The notes under the pieces are model-generated. The model saw only the letters and a program-made list of their open reading frames with translations. It was not told the origin of the DNA and did no database searches. A DNA stretch of 64,000 nt from the NCBI GenBank assembly GCA_902776615.1, contig CACYQU010000004.1, positions 1,139-65,138 on the forward strand, read 5' to 3'. The translations under genes and the position numbers were made by a program. The DNA is from an uncultured bacterium. Lineage in GTDB: Bacteria; Verrucomicrobiota; Kiritimatiellia; RFP12; UBA1067. The number at the start of each line of letters is the position of its first letter. Within the stretch, counting starts at the first letter, position 1. Shown piece by piece: positions 1-9,420 of the stretch.

Positions 1-2253
1 GTCGCGCTCGGAATCGCGGTGATGGTAAAGGAGATGGATTGTGTTGACGACGATTCGCCAAGCGATGCATCCGGCACAAACGGCATATCGGCGCAAAACG
101 GAGCGGCAGGCGACGACGGTGAAGAAGGAAACAGCTTCATCACCGTTCCCATGCAGCCTAAGTTCGACGCCTTCGTTTCTGGTTCGCGCGCCAGCCTATC
201 AATAGAAGTCGACGCCTACTATGGCGACATAGGATTGCCCGCATGTTCGATTCAGGACGATCGCATCGTATGGCTCGAAGATCCAGACGATCCGCTCGTG
301 CGACTGGTGCGCAGCATGAAGGCCGAGAAAGACGCCTTGAAGCTTCTTGAGCGCTACGGGTTTGAACGGGGCTACCGCGAAGGAGACCTGAAACTGTATG
401 TTACCGATTCGCAAAAAGTGCTCAACTTCCTTGGCGCGGGGCTGCCGTTCCTGAGGCGGAAAGGATGGAGGGTAGAGCTATCCGAGCGTCTGATGGCCCT
501 TACCGACACAATGCCCTCGGTCGTGCCTGTCGTCGAGATACGCGACGCCGCAAACGGCGCGTTCGAAGTGAAGTACACATTCGATGCGATGGGTGACGAG
601 GTTTCGCCTGTTGAAATACAGGCCGCACTGAACAGAGGCGACGGCTACATCCTAAAGGACGGCCACGTAACCCTTCTGGACAACTCCGCGATCGAGACCA
701 TGCACGATGTCTTCCGCGACTGCGCAACCGCAGGCAGCGGCACGTCGGACGGCTGGTTCCGCGTGGACGGCGTTCACGCCCCATACGTAAAAGCGTCGCT
801 CGACCTGCTGGACTCCATCGACCTCGACGACACGGCCGCCTCCAACTGGCGCGAAACCGCCGCAGCGCGGAACCGTGAAGGCAAGGCGAAGTTCGAGCCC
901 GTTGCGCTTGGCAGGCTCGAAGGCGTGCTGAGGCCGTACCAGAAGGAGGGCGTGTATTGGATGCGCTTTCTCGAAAACACCGGTCTGTGCGGACTGCTTG
1001 CCGACGAAATGGGGCTTGGCAAAACCCTTCAGACCCTGGCGTGGCTTTCGCTGCCACGCGCGGACGGATGCAACCTGCCGGCCATGATAGTGTGTCCTAC
1101 TTCGCTCGTCAGGAACTGGGAAGCGGAAGCGCGAAAGTTCACGCCGTGGATGAAAACGCTCGTTGTGTCAGGACCGGATCGCGCACGCGATTTCGGCCGG
1201 ATTCCTTCCGCAAACATCGTAATCACTTCCTACGCCCTTCTGCAGCGCGACTTTGAAGACGCATACTTGGGCCGGGAGTTCTCGGCTCTTGTGCTCGACG
1301 AAGCCCAGCACATAAAAAACCGGCGCACGCGGAATGCGAAAGCCGCGAAAAACCTTTCCGCCCGGCAGAGGCTTGTGCTTACAGGCACTCCCATCGAGAA
1401 CTCCGTGGCGGACGTATGGTCGATATTCGACTTTCTGATGCCGCGATACCTCGGCGACTATGAAATGTTCAAAGCCAGCTACGAAACGCCGATCGACGAG
1501 GGCGGGTCTGAAGGAGAGGCGGCGCAAATGAAGCTTAAGCGGAAGCTTCATCCGTTCATTCTGCGCCGCCTCAAAAAGTCCGTGGCAAAAGACCTGCCGG
1601 ACAAACTGGTGAAAGTCTCCTACTGTCCGATGCCCGAAGAGACGCAGCGCGAATACAACGCGACGCTCCAGAAAGAACGGCGCGGCGCGAAGACAAAGTT
1701 TGAAATGCTCGCCCTTCTCATGAAGTTGCGGCAGATCGCAAGCCGAGGCAAAGTCGAGGCGTTCCTTGATGTCGTTGACGAGGCGATCGGCGGCGGACAC
1801 CGCATGCTCGTGTTTTCGCAGTTCGTCAAACAGCTCGCCGTTCTGCGCGAAGAGCTCGACAACCTCGGCATCAAATACTGCTATCTCGACGGCTCGACAA
1901 AAGACCGCCTTGGCGAATGCGAACGGTTCAACCGCAATCCAAACATACCGATCTTCCTGATTTCGCTGATGGCTGGCGGCACGGGTTTGAACCTTACCGG
2001 CGCAGACATGGTCATCCACTACGATCCGTGGTGGAATCCTGCCGTGGAGGACCAAGCCACGGACCGTGCGCACAGAATCGGACAAAAGAAGAAGGTCTAC
2101 GTCGTCAAACTTATAGCCTCCGACTCGGTGGAGGAGAAGGTTCTTACGCTTCAACGCCGCAAACAAGCACTAATCGCAGCAACCGTCTCTACGACAGATG
2201 CTGCGATAGCGGAAAAACTGACGACCGAAGACCTCGCCGAAATCCTTTCCTGA
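1..2253 (+). CDS. SNF2/RapA-like DEAD/H-box helicase. The ORF is open to the left window edge and may be truncated at the 5' end.
   Basis: Motif I LLADEMGLGKTLQTLAW and motif II VLDEAQHIKN are present. The HelicC block reads LISLMAGGTGLNLTGADMVIHYDPWWNPAVEDQATDRAHRIGQKK. There is no in-frame stop between nt 1 and the first ATG at 19. Confidence 0.85.
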   Translation, partial: VALGIAVMVKEMDCVDDDSPSDASGTNGISAQNGAAGDDGEEGNSFITVPMQPKFDAFVSGSRASLSIEVDAYYGDIGLPACSIQDDRIVWLEDPDDPLVRLVRSMKAEKDALKLLERYGFERGYREGDLKLYVTDSQKVLNFLGAGLPFLRRKGWRVELSERLMALTDTMPSVVPVVEIRDAANGAFEVKYTFDAMGDEVSPVEIQAALNRGDGYILKDGHVTLLDNSAIETMHDVFRDCATAGSGTSDGWFRVDGVHAPYVKASLDLLDSIDLDDTAASNWRETAAARNREGKAKFEPVALGRLEGVLRPYQKEGVYWMRFLENTGLCGLLADEMGLGKTLQTLAWLSLPRADGCNLPAMIVCPTSLVRNWEAEARKFTPWMKTLVVSGPDRARDFGRIPSANIVITSYALLQRDFEDAYLGREFSALVLDEAQHIKNRRTRNAKAAKNLSARQRLVLTGTPIENSVADVWSIFDFLMPRYLGDYEMFKASYETPIDEGGSEGEAAQMKLKRKLHPFILRRLKKSVAKDLPDKLVKVSYCPMPEETQREYNATLQKERRGAKTKFEMLALLMKLRQIASRGKVEAFLDVVDEAIGGGHRMLVFSQFVKQLAVLREELDNLGIKYCYLDGSTKDRLGECERFNRNPNIPIFLISLMAGGTGLNLTGADMVIHYDPWWNPAVEDQATDRAHRIGQKKKVYVVKLIASDSVEEKVLTLQRRKQALIAATVSTTDAAIAEKLTTEDLAEILS

Positions 2254-2272
2254 CCGGCGAAGTCCCGCGCGA

Positions 2273-3274
2273 CTATGCGTCCCTGAGGGCAAGCTCCTTG
2301 CGTGCGAGCTCGAGGTCGGCGTCCATCATCATGCGCACGAGCCCCTTGAAGGTGACTTTCGGCTCCCAGCCGAGAACCTTCTTCGCCTTCGACGCATCGC
2401 CCAAAAGCTGGTCAACCTCGCTAGGACGCTCGTAGCGACTGTCGTGGCGGGTGTATTTCTCCCAGTCAAGCCCCACATAGCCGAACGCCTCGGCAAGGAA
2501 CTCCTTGACCGAATGCATCTCGCCCGTCGCGAGCACGTAGTCGTCCGGCGAATCCTGCTGCAGCATGCGCCACATGCCTTCGACATAGTCTCCTGCAAAC
2601 CCCCAGTCGCGGAGAGAGTTCACATTGCCCATGAACAGTTCATTCTGAAGGCCCATCTTGATTCTGCTCGCCGCGCGAGTGATCTTGCGCGTGACGAACG
2701 TCTCGCCGCGTCTTGGCGATTCGTGGTTGAACAGTATTCCGTTTGAAGCGTGAAGACCGTACGCCTCGCGGTAGTTCTTGACCGCCCAGAAAGAATACAG
2801 CTTCGCAACACCATACGGAGAGCGCGGATAGAATGGAGTCGTCTCCTTCTGAGGCACCTCCTGCACCTTTCCGAAAAGTTCGCTCGTGGACGCCTGGTAG
2901 AAGCGCGTTTTAACTCCCGTAAGCCGTATCGCTTCGAGAAGCCTCATCGTGCCTATCGCATCGACATCGCCAGTGAACTCGGGCGAATCGAACGACACCC
3001 TTACGTGACTTTGGGCGGCGAGGTTGTATACTTCATCCGGCGCTATTTCATGGACGATTCGCATCAGGTTGGAGCTGTCGCCAAGGTCTCCGTAATGAAG
3101 AAAGAGTTTAACGCCGTTCACGTGCGGATCTTGGTACAGGTGGTCAATGCGACCCGTGTTGAACGAGCTGGATCGCCTTATGATGCCATGCACCTCGTAG
3201 CCCTTGGAAAGCAGCAACTCAGCGAGATAGCTTCCGTCCTGTCCAGTGATTCCGGTTATCAATGCCTTCTTCAT
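2273..3274 (-). CDS. gmd: GDP-mannose 4,6-dehydratase
   Basis: The N-terminus [40 protein letters not shown] shows the Rossmann TGxxGxxG motif, followed by the short-chain dehydratase fold. The 333-aa length is typical for Gmd. Confidence 0.95.
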   Translation of the reverse strand: MKKALITGITGQDGSYLAELLLSKGYEVHGIIRRSSSFNTGRIDHLYQDPHVNGVKLFLHYGDLGDSSNLMRIVHEIAPDEVYNLAAQSHVRVSFDSPEFTGDVDAIGTMRLLEAIRLTGVKTRFYQASTSELFGKVQEVPQKETTPFYPRSPYGVAKLYSFWAVKNYREAYGLHASNGILFNHESPRRGETFVTRKITRAASRIKMGLQNELFMGNVNSLRDWGFAGDYVEGMWRMLQQDSPDDYVLATGEMHSVKEFLAEAFGYVGLDWEKYTRHDSRYERPSEVDQLLGDASKAKKVLGWEPKVTFKGLVRMMMDADLELARKELALRDA

Positions 3275-3400
3275 GGTTGGTTTCCTTTCTGGATTGTTCT
3301 GTAGAATTGTAGCATTTTAATCGCGCCTCTGCAATAATACGCGTCAGACGTCCAAGCTCGGCCTCTTTCGTCGAGCGGCGTTCGTAGTCGCCGTCCGCCA

Positions 3401-4194
3401 CTATCGCCTCCTGTGGCATAGATACACCACGCCAACCGCTACGCGCTCGAACATTACGACCGCAAACAGAAGCGGGTGCCTGAGAACCTTGCGCCATTTC
3501 CCATTCTCGACGAACACGCCGAAAAAACGGTAATAAGGCGAGAACTGGCGTCGCACCGCGGGATGTCCCGCCCATTTGGCCTGATATGCCGCAAAGCTTT
3601 TGGTGTAATACGCCTTCTTCTCCAGCATCTTGCGCAACGTGAGACGCTTTTCGTTGTGGATCAGATGATGCTTTAGCACGGCACACTTCGCACCTGTGGC
3701 GAGAACGCGTATGTCGAGCTCCCAATCCTCCGGTCCGGCAAGCAGGTTCTCGTCATAGCCGCCGGTCTTCTCCAGCACGGATCGTCTGAAAAGCCTCAGT
3801 GCATCCACACATGTTCCATCGTAGAAACTGCGCTCGAAATTGCGCGCTTTGGTGCGAAGGCCGCGACCGGTTCTTACCTCGGGTATCCAATACGCGTCGC
3901 CGCCCTCGACCGACAGGATCTCGTCAACGGTCTCTGGCGGAATGATCATGTCGGCATCCAGCACAAGAACCCATTCTCCGCGCGCCTTCTGCCATCCGAA
4001 GTTCCTCTGGGCGCTGCGCTCGGGCCCCTTGTCGAAGACCGTCGCACCGAGAGAGGTGGCGATGGCCTTGGTATCGTCCGTCGAGGAATTGTCCACAACG
4101 ACCACTTCCGCATCTCCGCTCTTCACGGCAGCGTCGAACGAATGAACACAGGCGGCAATGTTGGCCGCCTCGTTCCTGGTCGTTATGACAACCG
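3401..4194 (-). CDS. Family 2 glycosyltransferase. The GTG start at 4194 is a guess; the longest ORF runs to 4312 and would overlap the helicase 3' end.
   Basis: The GT2 signature is VVITTRNEAANIAACVHSFD...VVVVDNSSTDDT...WVLVLDADMIIP (DxD). The upstream in-frame extension MRLIRRLPRL... is Arg-rich and overlaps the neighbouring gene. Confidence 0.8.
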
Positions 4195-4217
4195 ACAGTT
4201 TCACGAAGACCGCCCTG

Positions 4218-6107
4218 TTAAAGCGTGAACTCCACGGTCTTTGCCGTCTGCTCGACCGGCTTGGAATAGACGTCTTTCTCGTCAGGCGGGGGAGCCTTCG
4301 GATCAAGCGCATGCTCGAACTTCGGCAACTCGCGGACCGGATGATCGTTCCTCAGCACTGCGGGCGAACCGTTTCCCGTAACCGCATTCGCAGCAGCCAC
4401 GCCGGTCATGGCGGCGGCGGCGGCCTTTTGCTCCGCGCCGACGGCTTCACGCGCATCGACTGCGGCCACGGCCTGCTTGTCGACCTCGCCGGGCTTCGAG
4501 CCGCGCGGAGGGATGGGCTTGAGCAGAGGATCGTCGTCCTGAATCATAGTGCACTTGAGAGGCTCCTTTATGAACTCCTCGATTTCAGGAATGGCGAACG
4601 ACTCGTCCTCATCGGCAAAGCTGATCGCGATTCCGGTATTTCCGGCGCGCCCGGTGCGGCCGATGCGATGCACATAATCCTCGGCTTCGTAAGGGAAGTC
4701 GAAGTTGATCACATACTCTATGTCGTCAACATGGATTCCGCGACCCGCGACGTCTGTGGCGACCACAATCTTGATTTCGCCGTCCCTGAAGGCATCGAGA
4801 ACCTTGAGCCGCTTGTTCTGGTTCACGTCGCCAGACAGCATTTCAACTGCAATCCCGCGGATCTTCAGCGACTCGTACACATCCTCCGTCGTGGACTTGC
4901 GATTGCAGAACACTATCGTCCGTGCGCTCGGATGGAGAGCGATATGGTTGTAGAGAACCTTGAACTTGTCGGACGAACGGACGATGTAAACCACCTGCTT
5001 TACGGTGTCGGTCGCATTCGTTTCGCTTTCGACCTCCGCTTTGTAGGGCTCTTCCATCCAATTCATCGCAAGCCGCATCACCGTGTCGTTCAGAGTCGCG
5101 GAATAAAGCATCGTGGCGCGTTTGTCCTTTGGCGGCAGATAGCTCATAATGCGGCGAACGTCCGGAATGAAGCCCATGTCGAGCATTCTGTCCGCTTCGT
5201 CGATCACAAGAGTATCGACTTTCGAAAGATTGATTACGTGCGACTTTACGAAGTCCAGCAAACGGCCTGGCGTGGCGACAAGAAGATCGACAGGCGCGTC
5301 GAGCACCTCCTTCTTCTGACGGTCGTAGTCCATTCCGCCGTAGATGGCGAGAGACCTCAGCCCGCAATACCTGCCAATCGCGTCCGCGTCCTTGCAAATC
5401 TGGATCACGAGTTCGCGGGTTGGCGCGATGACGAGCGCGCGCGGCGTGCCGCCGGTCTTTGCGCGGCTTTCGGGCGTTCGCAGGTAGCGAGTGAGAATCG
5501 CCACGAGAAACGCGGCCGTCTTGCCGCTGCCCGTCTGGGCTTTGCCTGCAATGTTTTTGCCGGCAAGCGCCTGCTCAAGCGAAAGCGCCTGGATTTCGGT
5601 ACAGTACTTGAAGCCTAGATCGGCTATGCCGTGCATTACCTCGGAAGGCAAATCGAAATCGTGGAAACGCTTTTTGCCTTCGACCGGATCGACCACAAAC
5701 GAATCGAGCGACCACGCCGCGTGCGCCGCTTTGCGCGCCATCATCTCCTCGTCAGACACCACTCCGCCAGGACGCACCTGATCGGCGGCGGTATTTACCG
5801 GCGCCGGACCGCGCCTTGAGCGATCCCTGTCGCGACCGTTCCTGCGATCGTCGCGACGGCGGTCGCCGCGCGATGACTTCTGCTGAGGACGGTCTCCACG
5901 CTTCGCCTGGTCGGCGTGAGCCTGAGGTTTCTTCTGCTGACCTTGCGACTTCTGCGTCTTCTGCTGGAACTTCTGCTGACGCTCGCCCTTCGCGCGTCCT
6001 TTGCCGGATTTGCCCTCGCGGGACTTGCCGCCCTGATTCTTCTGCTGCCCGGCGGGCTTTCCGCCTGTGAACAACTGGGCGATCTTCTTGATAAATCCAA
6101 ATGCCAT
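4218..6107 (-). CDS. DEAD-box ATP-dependent RNA helicase with a ~115-aa Lys/Gln/Gly/Arg-rich N-terminal extension and a ~110-aa C-terminal extension.
   Basis: Q motif FHDFDL...YCTEIQ, motif I AQTGSGKTAAF, motif II VIDEADRMLDMGF, SAT, and motif VI HRIGRTGRAG. The N-terminus MAFGFIKKIAQLFTGGKPAGQQKNQGGKSREGKSGKGRAKGERQQKFQQKTQKSQGQQKK... is Lys-rich within a GC-rich genome, which argues it is genuinely coding. Confidence 0.9.
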   Translation of the reverse strand: MAFGFIKKIAQLFTGGKPAGQQKNQGGKSREGKSGKGRAKGERQQKFQQKTQKSQGQQKKPQAHADQAKRGDRPQQKSSRGDRRRDDRRNGRDRDRSRRGPAPVNTAADQVRPGGVVSDEEMMARKAAHAAWSLDSFVVDPVEGKKRFHDFDLPSEVMHGIADLGFKYCTEIQALSLEQALAGKNIAGKAQTGSGKTAAFLVAILTRYLRTPESRAKTGGTPRALVIAPTRELVIQICKDADAIGRYCGLRSLAIYGGMDYDRQKKEVLDAPVDLLVATPGRLLDFVKSHVINLSKVDTLVIDEADRMLDMGFIPDVRRIMSYLPPKDKRATMLYSATLNDTVMRLAMNWMEEPYKAEVESETNATDTVKQVVYIVRSSDKFKVLYNHIALHPSARTIVFCNRKSTTEDVYESLKIRGIAVEMLSGDVNQNKRLKVLDAFRDGEIKIVVATDVAGRGIHVDDIEYVINFDFPYEAEDYVHRIGRTGRAGNTGIAISFADEDESFAIPEIEEFIKEPLKCTMIQDDDPLLKPIPPRGSKPGEVDKQAVAAVDAREAVGAEQKAAAAAMTGVAAANAVTGNGSPAVLRNDHPVRELPKFEHALDPKAPPPDEKDVYSKPVEQTAKTVEFTL

Positions 6108-6111
6108 GGAA

Positions 6112-6122
6112 AAATAGTCTGT
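6112..6122 (-). promoter_or_regulatory. -10-like box TTATTATAC lying 13 nt upstream of the helicase ATG.
   Basis: The minus strand reads GGTTATTATACagactatttttccATG. Confidence 0.3.
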
Positions 6123-6133
6123 ATAATAACCAC

Positions 6134-6172
6134 AGGCCGGGGACGCAGGGTTCGACGACCCTCGGCCCCGGC
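6134..6172 (-). terminator. GC-rich nested hairpin downstream of rpsI, a putative intrinsic terminator. It has an 8-bp outer stem GGCCGGGG/CCCCGGCC enclosing a 5-bp AGGGT/ACCCT hairpin.
   Basis: The hairpin was read directly from the sequence, 20 nt after the rpsI stop. It is followed on the minus strand by TGTGGTTATTATAC, which is only weakly U-rich. Confidence 0.35.
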
Positions 6173-6191
6173 CGGTGTTGCCTCTTTGGCA

Positions 6192-6593
6192 TTAACGCTT
6201 CGAGAACTGGAAGCGCTTGCGTGCACCGGGCTGACCGGGTTTCTTGCGCTCCTTCATGCGGCTGTCGCGGGTCATGCACCCGGCCTTCTTGAGCGCCGCG
6301 CGAGTCGTCTCGTCGGCTTCGACGAGAGCGCGGGCGAGACCGTGGCGGATGGCACCGGCCTGGCCGGCTATTCCGCCGCCCTTGGCGAACGCCACGACAT
6401 CGACCTTGGACATGTCGTAACCGCTTATCGCGACAGGCTGCTTGAGATAGTCGCGGAGGGCCTCGCTCTGGATGTAATCCTCAAGCGCGACCTTGTTCAC
6501 CGTCCACACGCCGGTTCCCTCTACGAGATTGACGCGAGCCGTTGCCGTTTTGCGACGGCCTGTTCCGGCGGAGATTGCCTTCTTGGTAGCCAT
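6192..6593 (-). CDS. rpsI: 30S ribosomal protein S9
   Basis: The C-terminus GGGIAGQAGAIRHGLARAL...KKAGCMTRDSRMKERKKPGQPGARKRFQFSKR is typical of S9. A perfect Shine-Dalgarno AAGGAGG sits 8 nt upstream of the ATG. Confidence 0.97.
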   Translation of the reverse strand: MATKKAISAGTGRRKTATARVNLVEGTGVWTVNKVALEDYIQSEALRDYLKQPVAISGYDMSKVDVVAFAKGGGIAGQAGAIRHGLARALVEADETTRAALKKAGCMTRDSRMKERKKPGQPGARKRFQFSKR

Positions 6594-6608
6594 TTCAGTA
6601 AATCCTCC

Positions 6609-7040
6609 TTAGAGCTTTATCTCGACCGGCTTCTGCGCGGCGTGAGTGTGTTCTGCGCCGGCGAAAACTTTCAGACGCGTCATCATCTTGCGCGCGATGT
6701 TGTTCTTCGGCAACATTCCCCAAACCGCTTCCTTGATCATGCGGTCGGGATGCTGCGCACGCATCGTGGCGGCGCTGAAGCGCTTGAGACCGTCGCGGAA
6801 ACCGCTGTAGCGCTGGTATTCCTTTTGATCTTCCTTCTTGCCCGTCAGCTTGACGGACGCCGCGTTGATCACGACCACGAACGCACCTGCGTCCACCGAC
6901 GGATCGAACGTCGGGAGGTCTTTCGCGCGGAGTTTGTTCGCCACAACGACCGCCAAGCGGCCAAGCGGCTTGTCTTTCGCGTCCACGAGGAACCACGCGC
7001 GATTGTCGCCCGGGTTCGGAGCACGATAGCTCTTCTGCAT
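6609..7040 (-). CDS. rplM: 50S ribosomal protein L13. The start is taken at the internal ATG (MQKSYRAPNPG...); the longer ORF that runs to 7193 is not credible.
   Basis: L13 family sequence throughout, ending ...AGAEHTHAAQKPVEIKL, and 143 aa as expected for L13. The gene is immediately followed by rpsI, which is the conserved operon order. Confidence 0.95.
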   Translation of the reverse strand: MQKSYRAPNPGDNRAWFLVDAKDKPLGRLAVVVANKLRAKDLPTFDPSVDAGAFVVVINAASVKLTGKKEDQKEYQRYSGFRDGLKRFSAATMRAQHPDRMIKEAVWGMLPKNNIARKMMTRLKVFAGAEHTHAAQKPVEIKL

Positions 7041-7160
7041 TTTTCTTTCCTTGTCTTCTTTCGGATTTGTGCCCTTTTTCCGGGGTTTTGTCCGTATTAC
7101 CGCCATGACACCATGCCACAACGGCCAGAACCGGTTAGCCCCCGATTCCGCGTTTTGAAT

Positions 7161-7172
7161 GCATATAATACC
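7161..7172 (-). promoter_or_regulatory. Candidate extended -10 TGGTATTAT for the rplM-rpsI operon, about 115 nt upstream of rplM.
   Basis: The minus strand reads TTATGGTATTATATGC. Confidence 0.35.
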
Positions 7173-7303
7173 ATAATTCGTCGCATCGCGCAACTAGCCC
7201 AACTGGTCAAGTGATTAGGGTGCGCAATTTGACCGCTTGAAGACGAAAGATGGGCAAAAGAAAAACTCCCAGAACTTGCGTCCTGAGAGTCTTGCGCCAT
7301 TGT

Positions 7304-7396
<93 letters not shown>

Positions 7397-7414
7397 TGAT
7401 CGTCAAAACAGGGT

Positions 7415-7427
7415 GTAGTATATCATA
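7415..7427 (-). promoter_or_regulatory. Extended -10 TGATATACT, about 20 nt upstream of the mature 5' end of tRNA-Ser.
   Basis: The minus strand reads GGATATGATATACTACACCCTG. The same box occurs upstream of tRNA-Val and rpoB. Confidence 0.45.
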
Positions 7428-8580
7428 TCCGCTGTTCGCCGTCAACGAACACGGCCGACGGCTTCCAACTGCGCGGATTTATCACGACCAAATCGGCGGT
7501 GAAGCCCTTCTCGACCTTGCCGAGCTCGCGGCCCCAGCCAAACTCGATCGCCTGGTTCCACGAGGTCGTGCGGACGAGATCCTTGAGCGGAATGCCTGTG
7601 ACGTCGTGCACGTTCTTGAGACCCATTCCCATCCAGAGCGTCGAACCGGCGAGATTGCCGCCATTGACGAGACGGGCTTCGCCGTTCTTGAGCAAAACGT
7701 CAAGCCCGCCCATCTGGAATGCGTAGCCGTCCTTGCAGTGCGAGCACCTGAGAGAGTCGGTAATCATCTGGACGTGCGCGAGATTGCGGCGCGTGAAGAT
7801 GAGCCTGAGCATGTCGGGGCAGAGGTGAATCTTGTCGCATATGACCTCGGTGTTGAGGTCTTCAATCAGGAAGCCCGCGCCGACCATGCCGATCTCGCGA
7901 TGGTGGAGAGGCGTCATCTGGTTGCAGAAGTGCGTCATGTGCCTGAGACCGTTCTTGTATGCCGGCATCAGGTCGGCGAGCTTTGCGCCGGTGTGTCCGC
8001 AGCTCGGAACGACGCCCATCTTGATGCAGTCTTTGGCGAACTTCGCGCCACCCTCGGTTTCAACCGCGTAGGAGATCTGCTTTACGGGGAAGACCTTGTT
8101 GATTTCCTTTACCTCTTTGATAGAAGGCTTGCGCACGAACTTGGGGTTTTGCGCACCGCAGCACTTTACGTTGATGAACGGACCTTCAAGATGGATGCCG
8201 GGAACTTTCGCGAAAGGCGAGCCGGCCGCTACATACGCCTTGGCATTCTTCGCCGCGACGAGCAGCTCGTCATGGGAAACCGTGAGCGTAGTGGGCAAAA
8301 CAGTCGTCACGCCCTCGGCGAGCTTCGCTTCGGCGAGTTTGAAGACCGCCTGCGGATCGGGATCGCAGAAGTCGTATGTCAGCGCGCCGTGCGTATGGAC
8401 GTCGATGAAGCCGGGCATTACGTACTGTCCCTTCACGTCCACAATCGTAGAAGCCCCCTTCTCGGAAACCTTCTTCGTCGTGACCTGTGTAATCTTCTTT
8501 CCTTCGACCACGATTGTAGCGCCGGCGAGATCGACGTCGGGCGAAACCACGTGGGCGTTCTTGATGATTGTCTTCTGCAT
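7423..8580 (-). CDS. nagA: N-acetylglucosamine-6-phosphate deacetylase
   Basis: Metal-binding motif PGFIDVHTHGA within the amidohydrolase fold. The start is taken at MQKTIIKNAHVVSP, which is the NagA-typical N-terminus. Confidence 0.9.
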   Translation of the reverse strand: MQKTIIKNAHVVSPDVDLAGATIVVEGKKITQVTTKKVSEKGASTIVDVKGQYVMPGFIDVHTHGALTYDFCDPDPQAVFKLAEAKLAEGVTTVLPTTLTVSHDELLVAAKNAKAYVAAGSPFAKVPGIHLEGPFINVKCCGAQNPKFVRKPSIKEVKEINKVFPVKQISYAVETEGGAKFAKDCIKMGVVPSCGHTGAKLADLMPAYKNGLRHMTHFCNQMTPLHHREIGMVGAGFLIEDLNTEVICDKIHLCPDMLRLIFTRRNLAHVQMITDSLRCSHCKDGYAFQMGGLDVLLKNGEARLVNGGNLAGSTLWMGMGLKNVHDVTGIPLKDLVRTTSWNQAIEFGWGRELGKVEKGFTADLVVINPRSWKPSAVFVDGEQRI

Positions 8581-8637
8581 GTCGAATTGCTCCTTGTTGT
8601 TTTGGTTGTTGGTGAATTGCATCAAATATGTACGCGG

Positions 8638-9420
8638 CTATCCGCGTTGCCTAAGAATCTCGTACATCGCGACAGCCGCCGCGACACCTGCGTTGAGCGA
8701 CTCGAAGCCGCCGGGCATAGGCAGTTCGGCTATGAAGTCGCAGGTCTCTCGCACAAGACGCGACATGCCGGAGCCCTCGGCGCCGACCACAAGACCGACA
8801 CGGCCTTTGAAGTCGATTTCCGTGTAAGGCTTGGCATCGCTGCCGAAATCAAGACCGATAAACCAAAGTCCGGCGTCCTTCAAATCTTTCATCGCGCGCA
8901 CCACATTCACGACATGCGCAATCTTCAGATGCTCGGCTCCTCCGGCCGAAGCGCGCACAGCCGCAGGCGTTATGCCGCAAGCGCGGTCTTCGGGAATCAC
9001 AACGCCGGTCGCGCCGACGGCGCACGCAGTGCGGAGAATCGATCCGACGTTCTGCGGGTCTTCGAGATGGTCGAGAACGACGACCAGTGCATTCTCGTCT
9101 TCATTGACGTCGCGCAACATCTCCTCGAAACCGACGTACGGATAGCCGGTGGTCTTCAGCGCCACGCCCTGATGGTGGCCGAAGCGCGTCAACTTGTCGA
9201 GCTGGGCGCGCTCCATAGTGCGGACGACCAGATGGCGCGCATGCGCCTCGTCGCGCATGCGGCTTATCTGGTCGTCTTCATCGGGAAACGCCGGCGGCAG
9301 AACGATCTCGCTCGCCGTACGGCGCCCCGCCGCGAGAGCCTCTTCAACAGGGTTGCGGCCGTATAGCCACTCCCCGCCGGAAACCATCTCGCGCGGTCCT
9401 TTATGGTGCGGATGCGCCAT
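8638..9420 (-). CDS. rlmB: SpoU-family 23S rRNA 2'-O-ribose methyltransferase (RlmB-like). The start is taken at the internal ATG (MAHPHHKG...), which overlaps the stop of the upstream gene as TAATG.
   Basis: SpoU_sub_bind plus SpoU methylase motifs: VVLDHLEDPQNVGSILRTACAVGATGVVIP and LVVGAEGSGMS...ELPMPGGFESLNAGVAAAVAMYE. Confidence 0.8.
   Translation of the reverse strand: MAHPHHKGPREMVSGGEWLYGRNPVEEALAAGRRTASEIVLPPAFPDEDDQISRMRDEAHARHLVVRTMERAQLDKLTRFGHHQGVALKTTGYPYVGFEEMLRDVNEDENALVVVLDHLEDPQNVGSILRTACAVGATGVVIPEDRACGITPAAVRASAGGAEHLKIAHVVNVVRAMKDLKDAGLWFIGLDFGSDAKPYTEIDFKGRVGLVVGAEGSGMSRLVRETCDFIAELPMPGGFESLNAGVAAAVAMYEILRQRG

Noticed and set aside
3401-4312. The full-length 303-aa form of the GT2 ORF.
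   Set aside because: The first ~37 codons are Arg/Ser-rich and overlap the 3' end of the helicase gene. An internal GTG just before the conserved VVITTRNEA block is the more plausible start.
4158-5618. A 486-aa plus-strand ORF.
   Set aside because: It is antisense to the DEAD-box helicase gene.
6134-6172. tRNA-like element with a T-arm-like AGGGT-TCGACG-ACCCT stem-loop and a GC acceptor-like stem.
   Set aside because: It is only about 39 nt, with no D-arm or anticodon arm. It is better explained as a terminator-type nested hairpin after rpsI.
7097-7300. A 67-aa minus-strand ORF between the tRNA-Ser and rplM.
   Set aside because: It is Ser-rich low-complexity sequence in the rplM promoter and leader region, with no support for it being a real gene.
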